This document shows, piece by piece, positions 11,015 through 22,085 of a DNA stretch of 64,000 nucleotides (within the stretch, counting starts at the first letter, position 1; each line of letters starts with the position of its first letter). The notes beneath the pieces are model-generated. The model was not told the origin of the DNA. It did not search any database and saw only the letters and a program-made list of their open reading frames with translations. The translations under genes were made by a program, and so were the position numbers. Origin of the DNA: Phycisphaerae bacterium (GTDB lineage Bacteria > Planctomycetota > Phycisphaerae > UBA1845). Where the stretch lies: assembly GCA_963666835.2 (NCBI GenBank), contig CAXXGO010000005.1, positions 96,001-160,000 on the forward strand. The letters run 5' to 3'.

Positions 11015-12229
11015 CTAAGAAGTCAAGTCACGCAGGGCGAGGCTGACGCGGTTGAGCCCTTCCCGCAGGTCGTCCGGCGGGGCGACGATACTCACGCGAA
11101 TGTGGTCGTTCGACCCGAAAAAGCCACCGGGTACCACCTGTGTTTCATAGGTTGATACCAAGCGGTCGTTCAATGCCTCTGGGGTGACACCTTCAGGCAG
11201 TCGAACGCACTCGAACAGGGCTCCGAAGCTGGGGTAGCCGCGCACGAGGGGCTCGGCGTCCAGCCACTTGCGGAACACCGGCTTGCCTGCGTGATAGTGG
11301 CGCCGGAAGCGATCTTCCAAACGGTCGATCTGAGTCATGGCTCCGGCAGCTATCGCGGCGGCCGGTGCCGAATTCTCGACACTGAGCAAATCCATGATCT
11401 CCCGAGCTTGCTCGGCCGGACCCGGTGGGGCGATGAGCCATCCGACGCGCAGGCCTCCCAGGCCGTACACCTTGGTCAGGGAGTTCGTGACGATGATATT
11501 GTCGGCCAGGGTAGCCGCCGTCCAGCGCGGTTGGTTATGGTTAAGGTGGTTGGCGTCCAGATAGACTTCGTCGACGATGAGCATTGCCCCCGATCGGTCA
11601 CACACTTCGGCGAGCCGACGAACGGCGTCGGGAGGGAGTAACTGCCCGCTGGGGTTGTGCAGGTTGGTGAGGAAGACCGCGCAGGCGCCGCGGTCCAACG
11701 TGTCTTGCACGGTTTGCGGTGTAATGCCGAAGGCGTCCTCCGGCCGTCGGAGCAAGGGAATCACCTCAAAACCCAGAAAGAAAGCCGCCCGAGGCAGGGG
11801 GTCATAGACGGGTGTCTCTATGGCGACACGCTCACAGATGGTGTCATCGTCCGGTCTTCTGGATGGGCGTTTAAGTCGCAGTGAATCCGCGATGGCGGGC
11901 TCTCCGCGTTCCGGACGGTCGGGCATCCGCTTCGGCGATGGGGCGGTTGCCGGGTGATATGTACACTCCGTCCGGTGTCGCATTGCTGTCGCTAGGGCGA
12001 TGAAATTGGCGGTGCTCGTACCGGGAACCGGCACGATCCGTTCGCCAGGGACGTTGTATCGGGCCGAAATGGCTTCGATAAGGGCCGGATCGCCGTAAGT
12101 CCCTTGGACTTCAAGAGTAAGCGGTGCCACCTGCTCGCCCAGATCGTCCGGGGATGCCGGCGGTACGCCGCTTGAGGTCAGTTCATACCGCACGCGGGGA
12201 TGAGTCTTGGCCCAGTGCAGATAGCTCAT
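11015..12229 (-). CDS. PLP-dependent aminotransferase class I/II
   Basis: TNLHNPSG, IVDEVY, NSLTKVYGLGGLRVGW; start set at MSYLHWAK. Confidence 0.92.
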   Translation of the reverse strand: MSYLHWAKTHPRVRYELTSSGVPPASPDDLGEQVAPLTLEVQGTYGDPALIEAISARYNVPGERIVPVPGTSTANFIALATAMRHRTECTYHPATAPSPKRMPDRPERGEPAIADSLRLKRPSRRPDDDTICERVAIETPVYDPLPRAAFFLGFEVIPLLRRPEDAFGITPQTVQDTLDRGACAVFLTNLHNPSGQLLPPDAVRRLAEVCDRSGAMLIVDEVYLDANHLNHNQPRWTAATLADNIIVTNSLTKVYGLGGLRVGWLIAPPGPAEQAREIMDLLSVENSAPAAAIAAGAMTQIDRLEDRFRRHYHAGKPVFRKWLDAEPLVRGYPSFGALFECVRLPEGVTPEALNDRLVSTYETQVVPGGFFGSNDHIRVSIVAPPDDLREGLNRVSLALRDLTS

Positions 12230-12448
12230 ATCGCTCGTCTCATCTTGCGGACCATCTCTGCGATAGTGAGCTTCAGTGCCCAAAAGGCGACACAGGACCC
12301 TAAAAATACTCCGGTGACATCAGTTGTCAGTCGGATGACAACGTGTTATGGTACCGCGTGGCCAGAGATGATGAAAGATGCTGCCGGCGCGTGCAGATCT
12401 CATCATCGCGGAACTGGGCGATTCATCGATTCTCATTGGGAGCGAACC

Positions 12449-12802
12449 ATGGCGGGCCAGTTAAGTGCGAAGTCGGATTTCACGGAGACTTTTGCGATAC
12501 ATGTGGCACTGAAGTATGCCCTGAAGGCGAAGCAGTATGATTCTACGGCGGAAGTCCGGAAGGCGGCGGAGGTCCTTTGCAGGGAGTTGCAGGGGGAGAA
12601 GTCGATCTACGGACGTCAGCTAAAGATGATCGCCCTGATGGAGAAGGGGGCCACGATTGCCGAGCTCGGAAGGAAGTTGCGGTGCTCGCGCCGAACGGTT
12701 TTCCGCTATCTCAATCACCTTGAGGATGCCGGCGTTTCGATCACTTTGGAAGGCAGCAAGTACCGGGTCGACAAGAGCATCGTCAAGATGCTCCGCGCAT
12801 AG
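12449..12802 (+). CDS. HTH-domain DNA-binding protein
   Basis: TIAELGRKLRCSRRTVFRYLNHLEDAG (HTH_11-like); GGGAG upstream of ATG 12449. Confidence 0.8.
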   Translation: MAGQLSAKSDFTETFAIHVALKYALKAKQYDSTAEVRKAAEVLCRELQGEKSIYGRQLKMIALMEKGATIAELGRKLRCSRRTVFRYLNHLEDAGVSITLEGSKYRVDKSIVKMLRA

Positions 12803-12944
12803 CCGGTTCTCCATTGGCGTTAGAGAGCGAGCGCTCTATCACAACCGCTTGCCGGTAGGTTTCTGGGGCTGCGCCGTGAGGGGGCGGTCGGGCATCTAAC
12901 GGCGCGCGGTTTGTAGCGGTGTCAGCGTGGTCTACGCGGGTAGG

Positions 12945-13328
12945 TTATGGGACTTTCGGCTCACCCCGCATAGGGACAGTCTTCTTTTTCGCGGCCCGCC
13001 TGACCAGTTTAAGGACAGATCTCGAATAGCCGCGTGGTCGGTTTGAGGATTGGGGTTTAGCTACGCACACGATATCGAAGCCGCGGGGAAGGTCCGTCTT
13101 CAGGAGGCGGAATGCCTCGCGGAGTTGCCGTTTCACGTAGTTCCGCTCCGGGGCATTACCGACCCGCCGGCTGACGCTCAGGCCCAGACGTGACCAGGCC
13201 AGCTTGTTCTTAACCAGATAGATTACCAGTAGGTTGTCGCCCGCACGGAGTCCCCTGCGGTACGCGCGGGTAAAATCCGACTGGTGTCGAATATGCTCGC
13301 GGCGTCGAAAGCGTCGATCGGCCGTCAT
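12945..13328 (-). CDS. rnpA: Ribonuclease P protein component
   Basis: RLGLSVSRRVGNAPERNYVKRQLREAFR (RNR motif); start at MTADRRF. Confidence 0.92.
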   Translation of the reverse strand: MTADRRFRRREHIRHQSDFTRAYRRGLRAGDNLLVIYLVKNKLAWSRLGLSVSRRVGNAPERNYVKRQLREAFRLLKTDLPRGFDIVCVAKPQSSNRPRGYSRSVLKLVRRAAKKKTVPMRGEPKVP

Positions 13329-13672
13329 GTCGGCTCTCCGGTGTAACCGTACGCCAACCAGTACATAACAAGTACTTCTTGGGTGCCCACCAGCAATCCT
13401 CCTGGGCTGGGGATACGCTGAGACTCGTTTACGGCTGCGGACTCCTGCGTCCGCTGTCGCGTCACTCTTCGGGACAGCCGTGCTAATTACTACTTCGAAT
13501 GACGCGGAGAGTCCAGTTGCCCGACGCATGCCGTCCGAGATCGTGGCATGGTGCGGGGGGGCGGCTGTAGCCTTGCGGTTCTGGATTGGGACCCGAGGGC
13601 GACATAGAATCCTAGCGGGATGTTTGGATGACGATGTCGTAAAGACTTGGTGTAACTACGTCGGGCGAGCCG

Positions 13673-13993
13673 GTGGTACGAATGGTGATTGTGATAGGGT
13701 CAATGTGCTTTTCAGTTCTGGCAACGGGTCGCCCGCGGGTGGGGGAGGATGCCCGCCTGTCCGGAGTGATAGAGGGTTTTGCCTGGCTGGGTCTAATTCT
13801 CGCCGTCGTAGTGGCGTGTGCCGTGGCGGTACGGTATATCAAGGGGAGAATCAGGAGTACGATGGAGGAGTCGACGCTCGTCTTCAACCTGGAAGATCTT
13901 CGCCGTCTGCGAGATAACGGTGATCTGACTTTGGCGGAGTACGAGACGCTCAGGCGTCGGTTGGTGGACGAAGCGTGCGGCGGAGACGCTTAA
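13673..13993 (+). CDS. Small membrane protein with SHOCT-like C-terminus
   Basis: One TM then LEDLRRLRDNGDLTLAEYETLRRRL; start uncertain (13673/13703/13766). Confidence 0.7.
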   Translation: MVRMVIVIGSMCFSVLATGRPRVGEDARLSGVIEGFAWLGLILAVVVACAVAVRYIKGRIRSTMEESTLVFNLEDLRRLRDNGDLTLAEYETLRRRLVDEACGGDA

Positions 13994-14118
13994 GCGGCTG
14001 GAGTCTTCGCCCGATAAGCTATTACGCCGGGTCGGGGCGTTCCTTTGCTTGAGGGAGCGGATCAGCCTGGGTTGGGTGCCTAAACGATGTCTGGGCAGGG
14101 TGTCTACAGGAGTCGATA

Positions 14119-15411
14119 ATGGCGACGGGCCGAAATGGCGGAGGCAATGGTGGGGGACGCACGCGGCGTTCAAGCACGTGCAGCTTCTGCGGGAAAAGCC
14201 AGCGCGACGCTGGTCCGATGGTGGAAGGACCTCGCGATGTCTACATTTGCAAGTCCTGTGTGGAGCTGTGCCACAGCATCATTAAGCAGGAAACTCGCAA
14301 GGCCTCGGCGTCGCGGGCGATTCTGGCGGACATTCCCAGTCCGCGCGAGATTCACGAGTTCCTGAATCAGTACATCATCGGGCAGGACTGCGCCAAGCGC
14401 ACGCTGGCGGTCGGAGTCCACAACCATTACAAGCGACTTCAACACATCGACCGGGCGGATCCGGACGATGTCGAGATCGACAAGTCCAACGTTCTGGTGC
14501 TCGGCCCGACCGGTTCCGGCAAGACGCTGTTGGCTCGGACTCTGGCTCGAATGCTGAACGTACCGTTCGCCATTTGTGATGCCACGACCCTGACAGAGGC
14601 AGGATACGTCGGCGAGGATGTAGAGAATATCCTCCTGCGGCTGTTGCAGAGCGCCGAATATGACCTGGACGTGGCACAACGCGGTATTATCTACATCGAT
14701 GAGATCGATAAGATCGGTCGAACATCTCATAATGTGAGCATTACGCGGGATGTTTCGGGGGAAGGTGTCCAGCAGAGCCTGCTGAAGATGCTCGAGGGAA
14801 CCGTGTCGAACATCCCGCCGCAGGGCGGCCGCAAGCATCCGGAGCAGCAGTATATTCAACTGGACACCACGAACATCCTGTTTATCTGCGGCGGGACGTT
14901 CGTCGGTCTGACCGATATTATTCGGCGACGGATCGGCCACAGCGCCATCGGATTCTCGAATGAGGGAGAGCCGCGCGACGAGACGCGGGAAGAGGGCGAG
15001 ATTCTCGCCCAGGTCTCGCCGGACGACTTGGTGGAATACGGGATGATTCCGGAGCTGATCGGCCGGTTACCGATAATCACCACGCTTGATCCGCTCGATG
15101 TCGAAACCCTGGTGCGGATTCTTACCGAGCCGCGTAATGCGCTCGTCAAGCAGTATCAGAAGTACTTCGAGTACGAAGGTTGCGAGCTTGAGTTCTCTAC
15201 AGAGGCTTACCGCATGATTGCGCAGCGAGCGTTGGACCGGGAAACCGGAGCTCGCGGGCTACGGGGGGTCATGGAGGAGATTATGCTGGAGCCGATGTAT
15301 GAGCTTCCCGATTCCGGACAGTCCGGAAAGAAGGTCGTTACCGAGGCGGTAGTGGCGGGCACGGAACCACTTCTCTCACCCAAACCCAGGCGGCGGCGAG
15401 AATCCGCCTGA
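14119..15411 (+). CDS. clpX: ATP-dependent Clp protease ATP-binding subunit ClpX
   Basis: CSFCGK zinc finger, [31 protein letters not shown] loop. Confidence 0.98.
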   Translation: MATGRNGGGNGGGRTRRSSTCSFCGKSQRDAGPMVEGPRDVYICKSCVELCHSIIKQETRKASASRAILADIPSPREIHEFLNQYIIGQDCAKRTLAVGVHNHYKRLQHIDRADPDDVEIDKSNVLVLGPTGSGKTLLARTLARMLNVPFAICDATTLTEAGYVGEDVENILLRLLQSAEYDLDVAQRGIIYIDEIDKIGRTSHNVSITRDVSGEGVQQSLLKMLEGTVSNIPPQGGRKHPEQQYIQLDTTNILFICGGTFVGLTDIIRRRIGHSAIGFSNEGEPRDETREEGEILAQVSPDDLVEYGMIPELIGRLPIITTLDPLDVETLVRILTEPRNALVKQYQKYFEYEGCELEFSTEAYRMIAQRALDRETGARGLRGVMEEIMLEPMYELPDSGQSGKKVVTEAVVAGTEPLLSPKPRRRRESA

Positions 15412-15539
15412 CCACGTTCCGTATTGTATGATTTGGATAGACGCCCGACGGTAAAGTCTGCGCCAAGGAGCGCCGATACGTGGCTTGTCAGCGCGGCCGT
15501 TGTCGGGGCGGGGCGTTTCTCTGGTTGGTGTGTGCGACT

Positions 15540-15710
15540 ATGGCTGTGACGATGCTATGTCCAAGGCTCCGTTGCCGAGCGATTCTCCGGGTGCCGGACT
15601 CCGTGCGGGGTAAGCGGGTCCGATGCGGAGAGTGCGGTGCCACCTTTGTGGTACCCGGTGAACCGGCGCCGGCCAAGAAAGAGCCCGCCAAGCAGGACGC
15701 CGGAAAGTGA
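15540..15710 (+). CDS. Small zinc-ribbon protein
   Basis: MAVTMLCPRLRCRAILRVPDSVRGKRVRCGECG. Confidence 0.7.
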   Translation: MAVTMLCPRLRCRAILRVPDSVRGKRVRCGECGATFVVPGEPAPAKKEPAKQDAGK

Positions 15711-15735
15711 CGAGGCCGCCCGGCCTCCACTCCAA

Positions 15736-16326
15736 CTACGACGTTCCCAGCAATCCCCCACAACACATGAACACCGGCAGTACCGCGGCGGTGACCAGCG
15801 CGGATATCGCCATCGCCCGACGATAGGGCCGGGTAACCGCAACAATCCCACAGACGACCGCGGCCAGCCAGAACAAGCCGCCCATGACCATGAGCATCGA
15901 TGAAGCCAGCATCCATGGCGGCACGTTTCCGCCGCCGCCGAATAGCTCGGGGTGTTCTCTGGATATCTGGAAGGGATCCTTGCCCGCCTCCAGCGATTTC
16001 TGTACCGGCTCAAGTTCCGCCGCGTGCTGGCGGACAACTGCATTGACCGCCATCATCGTGGCAATCGACAAGGCGAGCAGTACCCAGGTAACGATTGCCA
16101 GCCGATTGCCTCTCGACGTAATCGGTGGTGGAGGAGACACGTCACCCGGGGTGGAGGGCGGTTGTGCGGGGCTGGCTGTCGGTACCCCGGCAAGGTCGCC
16201 CAAAGATGACTCCGCCGGCGCGGTCACGGTGTTGCGGCAATAGGGGCACGCGACCACCTTCGAGGCCCATTCGTCATCGACCTCGATTGGCTGCAAGCAC
16301 GAACTACATTGAAAGCGAATGGCCAT
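15736..16326 (-). CDS. Zinc-ribbon plus transmembrane hypothetical protein
   Basis: MAIRFQCSSC...VACPYC followed by a Pro-rich linker and 3 TMs. Confidence 0.8.
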   Translation of the reverse strand: MAIRFQCSSCLQPIEVDDEWASKVVACPYCRNTVTAPAESSLGDLAGVPTASPAQPPSTPGDVSPPPPITSRGNRLAIVTWVLLALSIATMMAVNAVVRQHAAELEPVQKSLEAGKDPFQISREHPELFGGGGNVPPWMLASSMLMVMGGLFWLAAVVCGIVAVTRPYRRAMAISALVTAAVLPVFMCCGGLLGTS

Positions 16327-16672
16327 GGAGCGAGATAATATCTCCGAGCCCAGCGTGCGGTCAACCGGGCGGATGGGAGCTTCCGCCCGAAAAAAACTCT
16401 GAGTTGCACGATAATTTTCCGGGCCGACGCCCGGCAACATTCGCCGGGTAGCGGGCTCGTGGCGCAGCGGTGGTGAGATCCCGGCCTGCGCCGGCGCAAT
16501 TCCCGCGTGCCGGATGCGCGAGTTTCGCGCAGCTTATGCGGGTTCCGGGCGCCGGCCGCCCCCGACTCCGCATCAAGCGCGAGGTGACCGCCGGTCGATA
16601 CAGGTGACGCTCGAGTGGTCCGATGCCGGGCGGCTGTGGTCCGCCGAGGTCTTTGCTGAGCGAGGGGCTGTA

Positions 16673-16873
16673 ATGCCAAAGAGTGACACTATCGCTGCGA
16701 TCATGGAGTTGAATCCTAGTGCGAGACCGACTTTCCTGGCAGGGTTCTCGCCCGATGAGCTCGACAGTTACCTGTGCCGGCTCAAGAGATCCCGCGAGTT
16801 CGGCAAAGCGCCGCGTCGCACCCCGGGTGATGAACGCCGGAATCCGGAATCGGTCTCACTTTGTGAGTGTTGA
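16673..16873 (+). CDS. Small hypothetical protein
   Basis: GAGGGG RBS; MPKSDTIAAIMELNPSARPTFLAGFSPDELDSYL. Confidence 0.55.
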   Translation: MPKSDTIAAIMELNPSARPTFLAGFSPDELDSYLCRLKRSREFGKAPRRTPGDERRNPESVSLCEC

Positions 16874-16991
16874 TCGCTTCGTGACCGAAGGTGATGTTCA
16901 GATTCCGCCGGGCATCGGGAGGCCGGGACGCGGAGTTCTTCCGGAAGCGTAGTCTTGCGCGTTACGTGACACGCGGAGATTGCCGCCTTTT

Positions 16992-18044
16992 CTACAACTT
17001 GCGGTGAGTTTCAAGCAGCTCCAGCAGATGCAGGAGTTTGGGAGGAAGAGGCGCCACGATTTCCAAAGGAGTCTCGTGGATGGGGTGCGTCACCCGAAGT
17101 CGCCGGGCGTGCAAAGCCTGGAACTCGATTAGCGGGTGCGTATCGCCCGACCCGGTCAAATCAAACTCGCTGACCATCTTTCCACCGTAGAGGGTATCAC
17201 CCATCATCGGGTGTCCGATGGATGACATGTGGACCCGGAGCTGGTGAGTCCGGCCGGTCTTGGGGGCGAGATCCACCGTAGTGTAGCCGCGGTAGCGCCG
17301 GTTGACGCGGTACTCCGTGATGGCGTCCTTGAACATCGCCTGGCGCGGCGGGTTGGCACCCGCGTGAATAATCCGCGACGTTGTCTCGGGGTGAGGGGCC
17401 AGGGGTTTGTGGATGATGTCTCCGTCAAGGGCAATGTGCCCTTCACAAATGGCGAAATACTCCTTGCGGACCTTGCGCTGTTCAAACTGGTGTGATACCC
17501 GCCAGTGGGCTTCGTTGGTTTTGGCAATTAGCAGGACGCCGGTGGTGTTTTTGTCCAGGCGGTGCATGATCCCGGGACGGAAGGGGTCTCCGCCGTCGCT
17601 GAGGGACTCGGCGTGGAAGGCCACCGCATTGGCGACCGTTCCGGACTGGGTAGCCCGGGCCGGGTGACAGATGATGTCAGTGGGCTTGTTGATGGCGATC
17701 AGCCATTCATCCTCGTAGAGGACCTCGAGCGGAATATCCTCCGGTACGATCTCGCTCGGCGGAGGGGGCGGTACCACCATGTCGATGATGTCGTGCGGCG
17801 CCGGTTCGTAGCTGGCTTTGGTCGGTTTGTTGTTGACCTTAACCTGCCCTTGTTTGATATAGCGTTGGATAGTGGTGCGCGAGATGCGCGGGTACTTAGC
17901 TTGCAGGTACTTATCCAGCCGCTTACCCCCGGCACGCCCGCTCACCTCGTGGCGTTCAATGTGTAGCTCGCCGTCACCATCGCCGTTCGGTGTTTCCGGC
18001 GACGAGGGGCGAGGATTCTGATCTTCTTCGAAGGAGTACATCAT
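16992..18044 (-). CDS. rluD: RluA-family (RluD-like) pseudouridine synthase
   Basis: S4 domain RLDKYL; GIMHRLDKNTTG; TGRTHQLRVH. Confidence 0.92.
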   Translation of the reverse strand: MMYSFEEDQNPRPSSPETPNGDGDGELHIERHEVSGRAGGKRLDKYLQAKYPRISRTTIQRYIKQGQVKVNNKPTKASYEPAPHDIIDMVVPPPPPSEIVPEDIPLEVLYEDEWLIAINKPTDIICHPARATQSGTVANAVAFHAESLSDGGDPFRPGIMHRLDKNTTGVLLIAKTNEAHWRVSHQFEQRKVRKEYFAICEGHIALDGDIIHKPLAPHPETTSRIIHAGANPPRQAMFKDAITEYRVNRRYRGYTTVDLAPKTGRTHQLRVHMSSIGHPMMGDTLYGGKMVSEFDLTGSGDTHPLIEFQALHARRLRVTHPIHETPLEIVAPLPPKLLHLLELLETHRKL

Positions 18045-18146
18045 ACGATGCTTGGGGTAGACAAGTCTGTTGATATCATTCCGTCGGGCGGTTAGCAGGC
18101 TGACCGCAGGGTCCGAGCATCGCGTCGTTGCAGTCCGCACACCTCC

Positions 18147-19442
18147 CTACAATCGTCGCCGTTTTCTTGCCGGCCTGAACCGGCTACCCAGGGTCTTCTC
18201 CGGTAGTTGCCGGGGTGGCTGGCCGGCGGTGCTTTGAACCGGTGCCTGAAACCGCGATACCGGCGCCGGTGTGGCGGGTTCTGTGGCAACTTCCTCCGGA
18301 GGGCTGGGAGTGAATCCCGCAAGCTCACGTTTAGATACCTGACGGTTAATCAGCATCTCTACGCCGGTAAGCTGCTTGCCCTCCTCCCGGGTGACCAGGG
18401 TTATAGCCACTCCTCGGTGGCCCATGCGCGCCGTGCGCCCGATGCGATGGACGTATACTTCCGGATCATCGGGGATGTCGTAGTTGATAATGTGCGAGAT
18501 CTCGCTCACGTCGATGCCGCGGGCGGCAAGATCCGTGGCAATAAGCAACTGGATCTTGTGCTTCCTGAAGGCGTCCATCACCCGATCGCGTTGGCGCTGC
18601 ATGAGATCGCCGTGAATTTCCTTGGCGTTGTGCCCGGCTTCATGCAGTTTCTTGGCGAGCTTACGGGCGCACGCTTTGGTGTTGCAGAAGATAATGGCGA
18701 ACGGAGGCTGCTCTTCCTTGAGGATAATCCGCAGAGCGCGAAACTTGTCCCGCCGCTCCGCGGTGACGAAGGTCTGGTCGACCTCGTCCACGGTAAGCTG
18801 ATCGCGCGATACGTCCAACTCCACTGGGTCGGCCATATATTTGCGGGTGAGCCGCCGGATCTCGTCGTCGATCGTAGCGGACACGAAGATGGTCTGGTGC
18901 TTCGCCGTGATCTTGCCCAGGATCATCTTGATGTCGTCCCGGAAGCCGATATCCAGCATCCGGTCCACCTCATCCAGGATGGCAAACCGCACATTCGTGA
19001 TGTTCAACGCTCCGCGCCGGATGAAGTCCATCACCCGGCCGGGGGTGCCGACCACGAAGTGCGGCTTACGCCCGAGCTGATGAAGCTGAGTGGCAATCCT
19101 CTGCCCGCCGTAGACCGCGACCACGTGTAGCGAGGCGAATTCCGCCATACGCTTCAGTTCCGAAGTCACCTGGACCGCTAATTCGCGAGTGGGGGCGAGG
19201 CAGATGGCCTGGAGCCGACCGGACGGGTCCATCTGCTGAAAGACCGGTAATCCGAAGGCCGCGGTTTTTCCCGTTCCCGTGCGAGCTTGTCCAAGCACGT
19301 CTCGTCCTGCGAGCGCGGGGGGGATCATGGCCCTCTGAATCTCGGAGGGCTCCGTGAACTTCATCTTGTGAATAGCTTTGAGGAACCGGACCTCGACGCC
19401 CAGCTCCGCGAACTTCTGAGGTAACTCTGAGTGTTTTTGCAT
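18147..19442 (-). CDS. DEAD-box RNA helicase
   Basis: ARTGTGKT, PTRELA, DEVD, SAT, ARGID, HRIGRTAR. Confidence 0.96.
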   Translation of the reverse strand: MQKHSELPQKFAELGVEVRFLKAIHKMKFTEPSEIQRAMIPPALAGRDVLGQARTGTGKTAAFGLPVFQQMDPSGRLQAICLAPTRELAVQVTSELKRMAEFASLHVVAVYGGQRIATQLHQLGRKPHFVVGTPGRVMDFIRRGALNITNVRFAILDEVDRMLDIGFRDDIKMILGKITAKHQTIFVSATIDDEIRRLTRKYMADPVELDVSRDQLTVDEVDQTFVTAERRDKFRALRIILKEEQPPFAIIFCNTKACARKLAKKLHEAGHNAKEIHGDLMQRQRDRVMDAFRKHKIQLLIATDLAARGIDVSEISHIINYDIPDDPEVYVHRIGRTARMGHRGVAITLVTREEGKQLTGVEMLINRQVSKRELAGFTPSPPEEVATEPATPAPVSRFQAPVQSTAGQPPRQLPEKTLGSRFRPARKRRRL

Positions 19443-19572
19443 TAGCTCGCCAGAAAAATGTCCTTGTCCCGACCCGACACTATAACGAGCGGTTCACTTG
19501 CTGTAAACGGGTGCTTTTTCCAGCTTACCCTGCGAGTATCGTGTTATAGGGCGAGCAAGCGTGGTAGCGCCG

Positions 19573-20034
19573 CTACGCGTCGGGGTGAGTCAGCTTGCGG
19601 TAGTACTTGACGGGGACGTCGGCGCGGTATCCGAGCTTCTCGAGCAACTTGGCTGATGCGATGTTGCCCTCTTCCACCAAAGCCGCCACTATCTCTATCC
19701 CCTCGGCGCGGATTGCCTCGTCGCACGCTTTGACCAAAGCGGAAGCCAGCCCGGACCGGCGGAACTCCGGCAGGACGGCGACGCGGTTGATCCAGCCCTT
19801 GCGATGATCGTGAGTCCCCAGCACTACGCCGACCAAGCGGTCTTCAGAAACGGCCACGAGATAGAGGTCGCCAAGGCGTTCAAGTTGATGCAGGAAGGCA
19901 GCTTTGCTCTCGCGACCGTGAGGACGAACGCTCAGGCCGCTTCGGAACCACACGTCTACGATTGCGTCGTAGTCGTCGGCCACGGCGTTTCGTATGGTCC
20001 AGTTATCGGTGTTAGGAGAAAAGGTCATTGCCAC
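19573..20034 (-). CDS. GNAT N-acetyltransferase
   Basis: INRVAVLPEFRRSGLASAL...NIASAKLLEKLGY. Confidence 0.88.
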   Translation of the reverse strand: MAMTFSPNTDNWTIRNAVADDYDAIVDVWFRSGLSVRPHGRESKAAFLHQLERLGDLYLVAVSEDRLVGVVLGTHDHRKGWINRVAVLPEFRRSGLASALVKACDEAIRAEGIEIVAALVEEGNIASAKLLEKLGYRADVPVKYYRKLTHPDA

Positions 20035-20888
20035 GAGTCACCGGCGAGAAAGTACATCGCCAGGAACTGAAACAGATTGAACAGCCAATGACCGACGATT
20101 GCCGGGATCAGCGACTTCCGCCAGACGGTCACTATGCTGAACACCAGCGAGAGGATGGTCACGAGAACAAGAGCCGCGGGCACTTGGTCGGCCAAGTGAG
20201 GCACAACGAACACTACCGTACTCACAACGACCGCGGCCGTCCAACTACCGGTGACCCGCCTGAGACGGGTCATCAGGAAACCGCGGAAGAACACCTCTTC
20301 GTAGACTCCGACAAGTAGTGTCATGAACAAGAGCCAGCGGGGGTCTACTCTGGGGAAGATTCCCGTGATCCTGCTCGCGTTCTCTCTGAGTTGCTCGATG
20401 AAGCCAGGCCAGGCGAGAAAGGCGATTCCGATGACTGCGAAGTAAAACGCATAAGCAGCGGTCATCGCCGCAACGCCAAGCAGCAGATTGAGGGCCAACC
20501 CGTCCCGGTGTATGCCGATCGACCGGGTCGGTTGTCGGCGCATGAAGAGAACAAACGCGATGATCGCGAAGATCCCGCCCGTACGAATCGGCAGGAAAGG
20601 GAGGATCATAACTCGTTTGATATCGGATTTGGTGGCGTCGTCAGGAACCGCGAGGTAGGCGTCAAGGGCACTTACCGCGATGGTCTCGACGATGATCAGG
20701 AGCGCAAGCACCAGTCCAACGTCCGCCAGGGCGGCTAAGCGGCTGCTTCTGGGGAGTAGGATCTCGTCAAGCGGTCGGATGAGCCCAAGGGCCTCTGCCG
20801 ACAGGGGGCGAGCCAGAGGGATGCCGTCGGGGACGGGCGCCTCCGCGAAACGGTCATCGGCGGACGCGGATTCGTATTGATCACCCAT
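20025..20888 (-). CDS. CPBP (CAAX/Abi) intramembrane metalloprotease
   Basis: EEVFFRG, FVVPH, HWLFN; multiple TMs. Confidence 0.9.
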   Translation of the reverse strand: MGDQYESASADDRFAEAPVPDGIPLARPLSAEALGLIRPLDEILLPRSSRLAALADVGLVLALLIIVETIAVSALDAYLAVPDDATKSDIKRVMILPFLPIRTGGIFAIIAFVLFMRRQPTRSIGIHRDGLALNLLLGVAAMTAAYAFYFAVIGIAFLAWPGFIEQLRENASRITGIFPRVDPRWLLFMTLLVGVYEEVFFRGFLMTRLRRVTGSWTAAVVVSTVVFVVPHLADQVPAALVLVTILSLVFSIVTVWRKSLIPAIVGHWLFNLFQFLAMYFLAGDSWQ

Positions 20889-20922
20889 CTTGAGTGTTCT
20901 CGCCCGCCCCTCGGCGATTGCG

Positions 20923-21807
20923 TCAGAGCAGTTCCGCGAGCGTGTCGCCGATGGTCGCTGGGGATTCGGATACTGCCACTCCGGCGTCTCTCAGTGCTGC
21001 GACTTTGGACTGTGCGGTTCCTTCGCCGCCGCTGATAATGGCCCCGGCATGCCCCATTCGCTTACCCGGCGGAGCGGTTTGCCCGGCGATAAACGCTACG
21101 ACCGGTTTGGTCACGTGATGCTCAATGAACTTCGCGGCTTCCTCCTCGTCCGTCCCGCCGATTTCCCCGATCATGACAATCGAGTCGGTCTTGCTGTCAT
21201 CCTCGAACATCCGCAGCAGCTCGATGAAGTTCAGACCCTTGACCGGGTCGCCTCCGATGCCGATGCACGTGGACTGGGCAATGTTGCGGGTGGTGCATTG
21301 CCACACGGCCTCGTAAGTCAACGTGCCGCTGCGCGAGATGATTCCCACGCTTTTGCAGCCGTTCTCGCAGGGCTTGTGGATGTAGCCGGGCATAATCCCG
21401 ATCTTGCACTCCCCAGGCGTGATGATGCCGGGGCAGTTAGGGCCGATCAACAGCGTTCCCCGCTCGTCGACATACTGCCGGGCCTTGACCATATCCAGTG
21501 TGGGGACGCCTTCGGTGATAAGAACCACGAGTGAACAGCCGGCATCGGCCGCTTCCATGATCGCGTCAGCCGCGAACGGAGCGGGTACGAACACCATCGA
21601 CACATCCGCGCCGGTCGCGGCGATGGCGTCGTGACAGGTATTGAAGATCGGCAGGTCGTGTTCGGAGTGGGTTCCCCCTTTTCCCGGAGACACGCCGCCG
21701 ACGATCTTGGTTCCGTATTCCAGGCACTTGGCCGTGTGAAATGCGCCGGCCTTTCCAGTGATCCCCTGGCACACCACCAGAGTATCACGGTTAACAAGGA
21801 TACTCAT
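20923..21807 (-). CDS. sucD: Succinyl-CoA ligase alpha subunit
   Basis: [29 protein letters not shown]; start MSILVN. Confidence 0.97.
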   Translation of the reverse strand: MSILVNRDTLVVCQGITGKAGAFHTAKCLEYGTKIVGGVSPGKGGTHSEHDLPIFNTCHDAIAATGADVSMVFVPAPFAADAIMEAADAGCSLVVLITEGVPTLDMVKARQYVDERGTLLIGPNCPGIITPGECKIGIMPGYIHKPCENGCKSVGIISRSGTLTYEAVWQCTTRNIAQSTCIGIGGDPVKGLNFIELLRMFEDDSKTDSIVMIGEIGGTDEEEAAKFIEHHVTKPVVAFIAGQTAPPGKRMGHAGAIISGGEGTAQSKVAALRDAGVAVSESPATIGDTLAELL

Positions 21808-22085
21808 CGTTATTGCTGTCCTTCCTTCAGACGTTAAGACCTGCCGCCCATGGCGGTGGCGGGAATAGCCAATCCAACCGGCGGCGGTCGTTCTTCGCCA
21901 AGCGAGTATGCCACGGGGGAATCGGGTTGTCCAATGGGCGGCGGCGGGAAACGGCGGACCGTTTTTCGGCATCCACGGCAACAACCGGCGCGATCGGAAT
22001 CACGTTCTGTGGTCAGAGCCTGAATGTGGGGGGTGACCGGTGCTCAGCGTTCGGTCAGCCCCCACGACGGCCTTGCCTGGTTGCG

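Noticed and set aside
20923..21807. sucD without adjacent sucC, and rnpA (12945-13328) without rpmH
   Set aside because: Dispersed operons are common in Planctomycetota; not notable on its own
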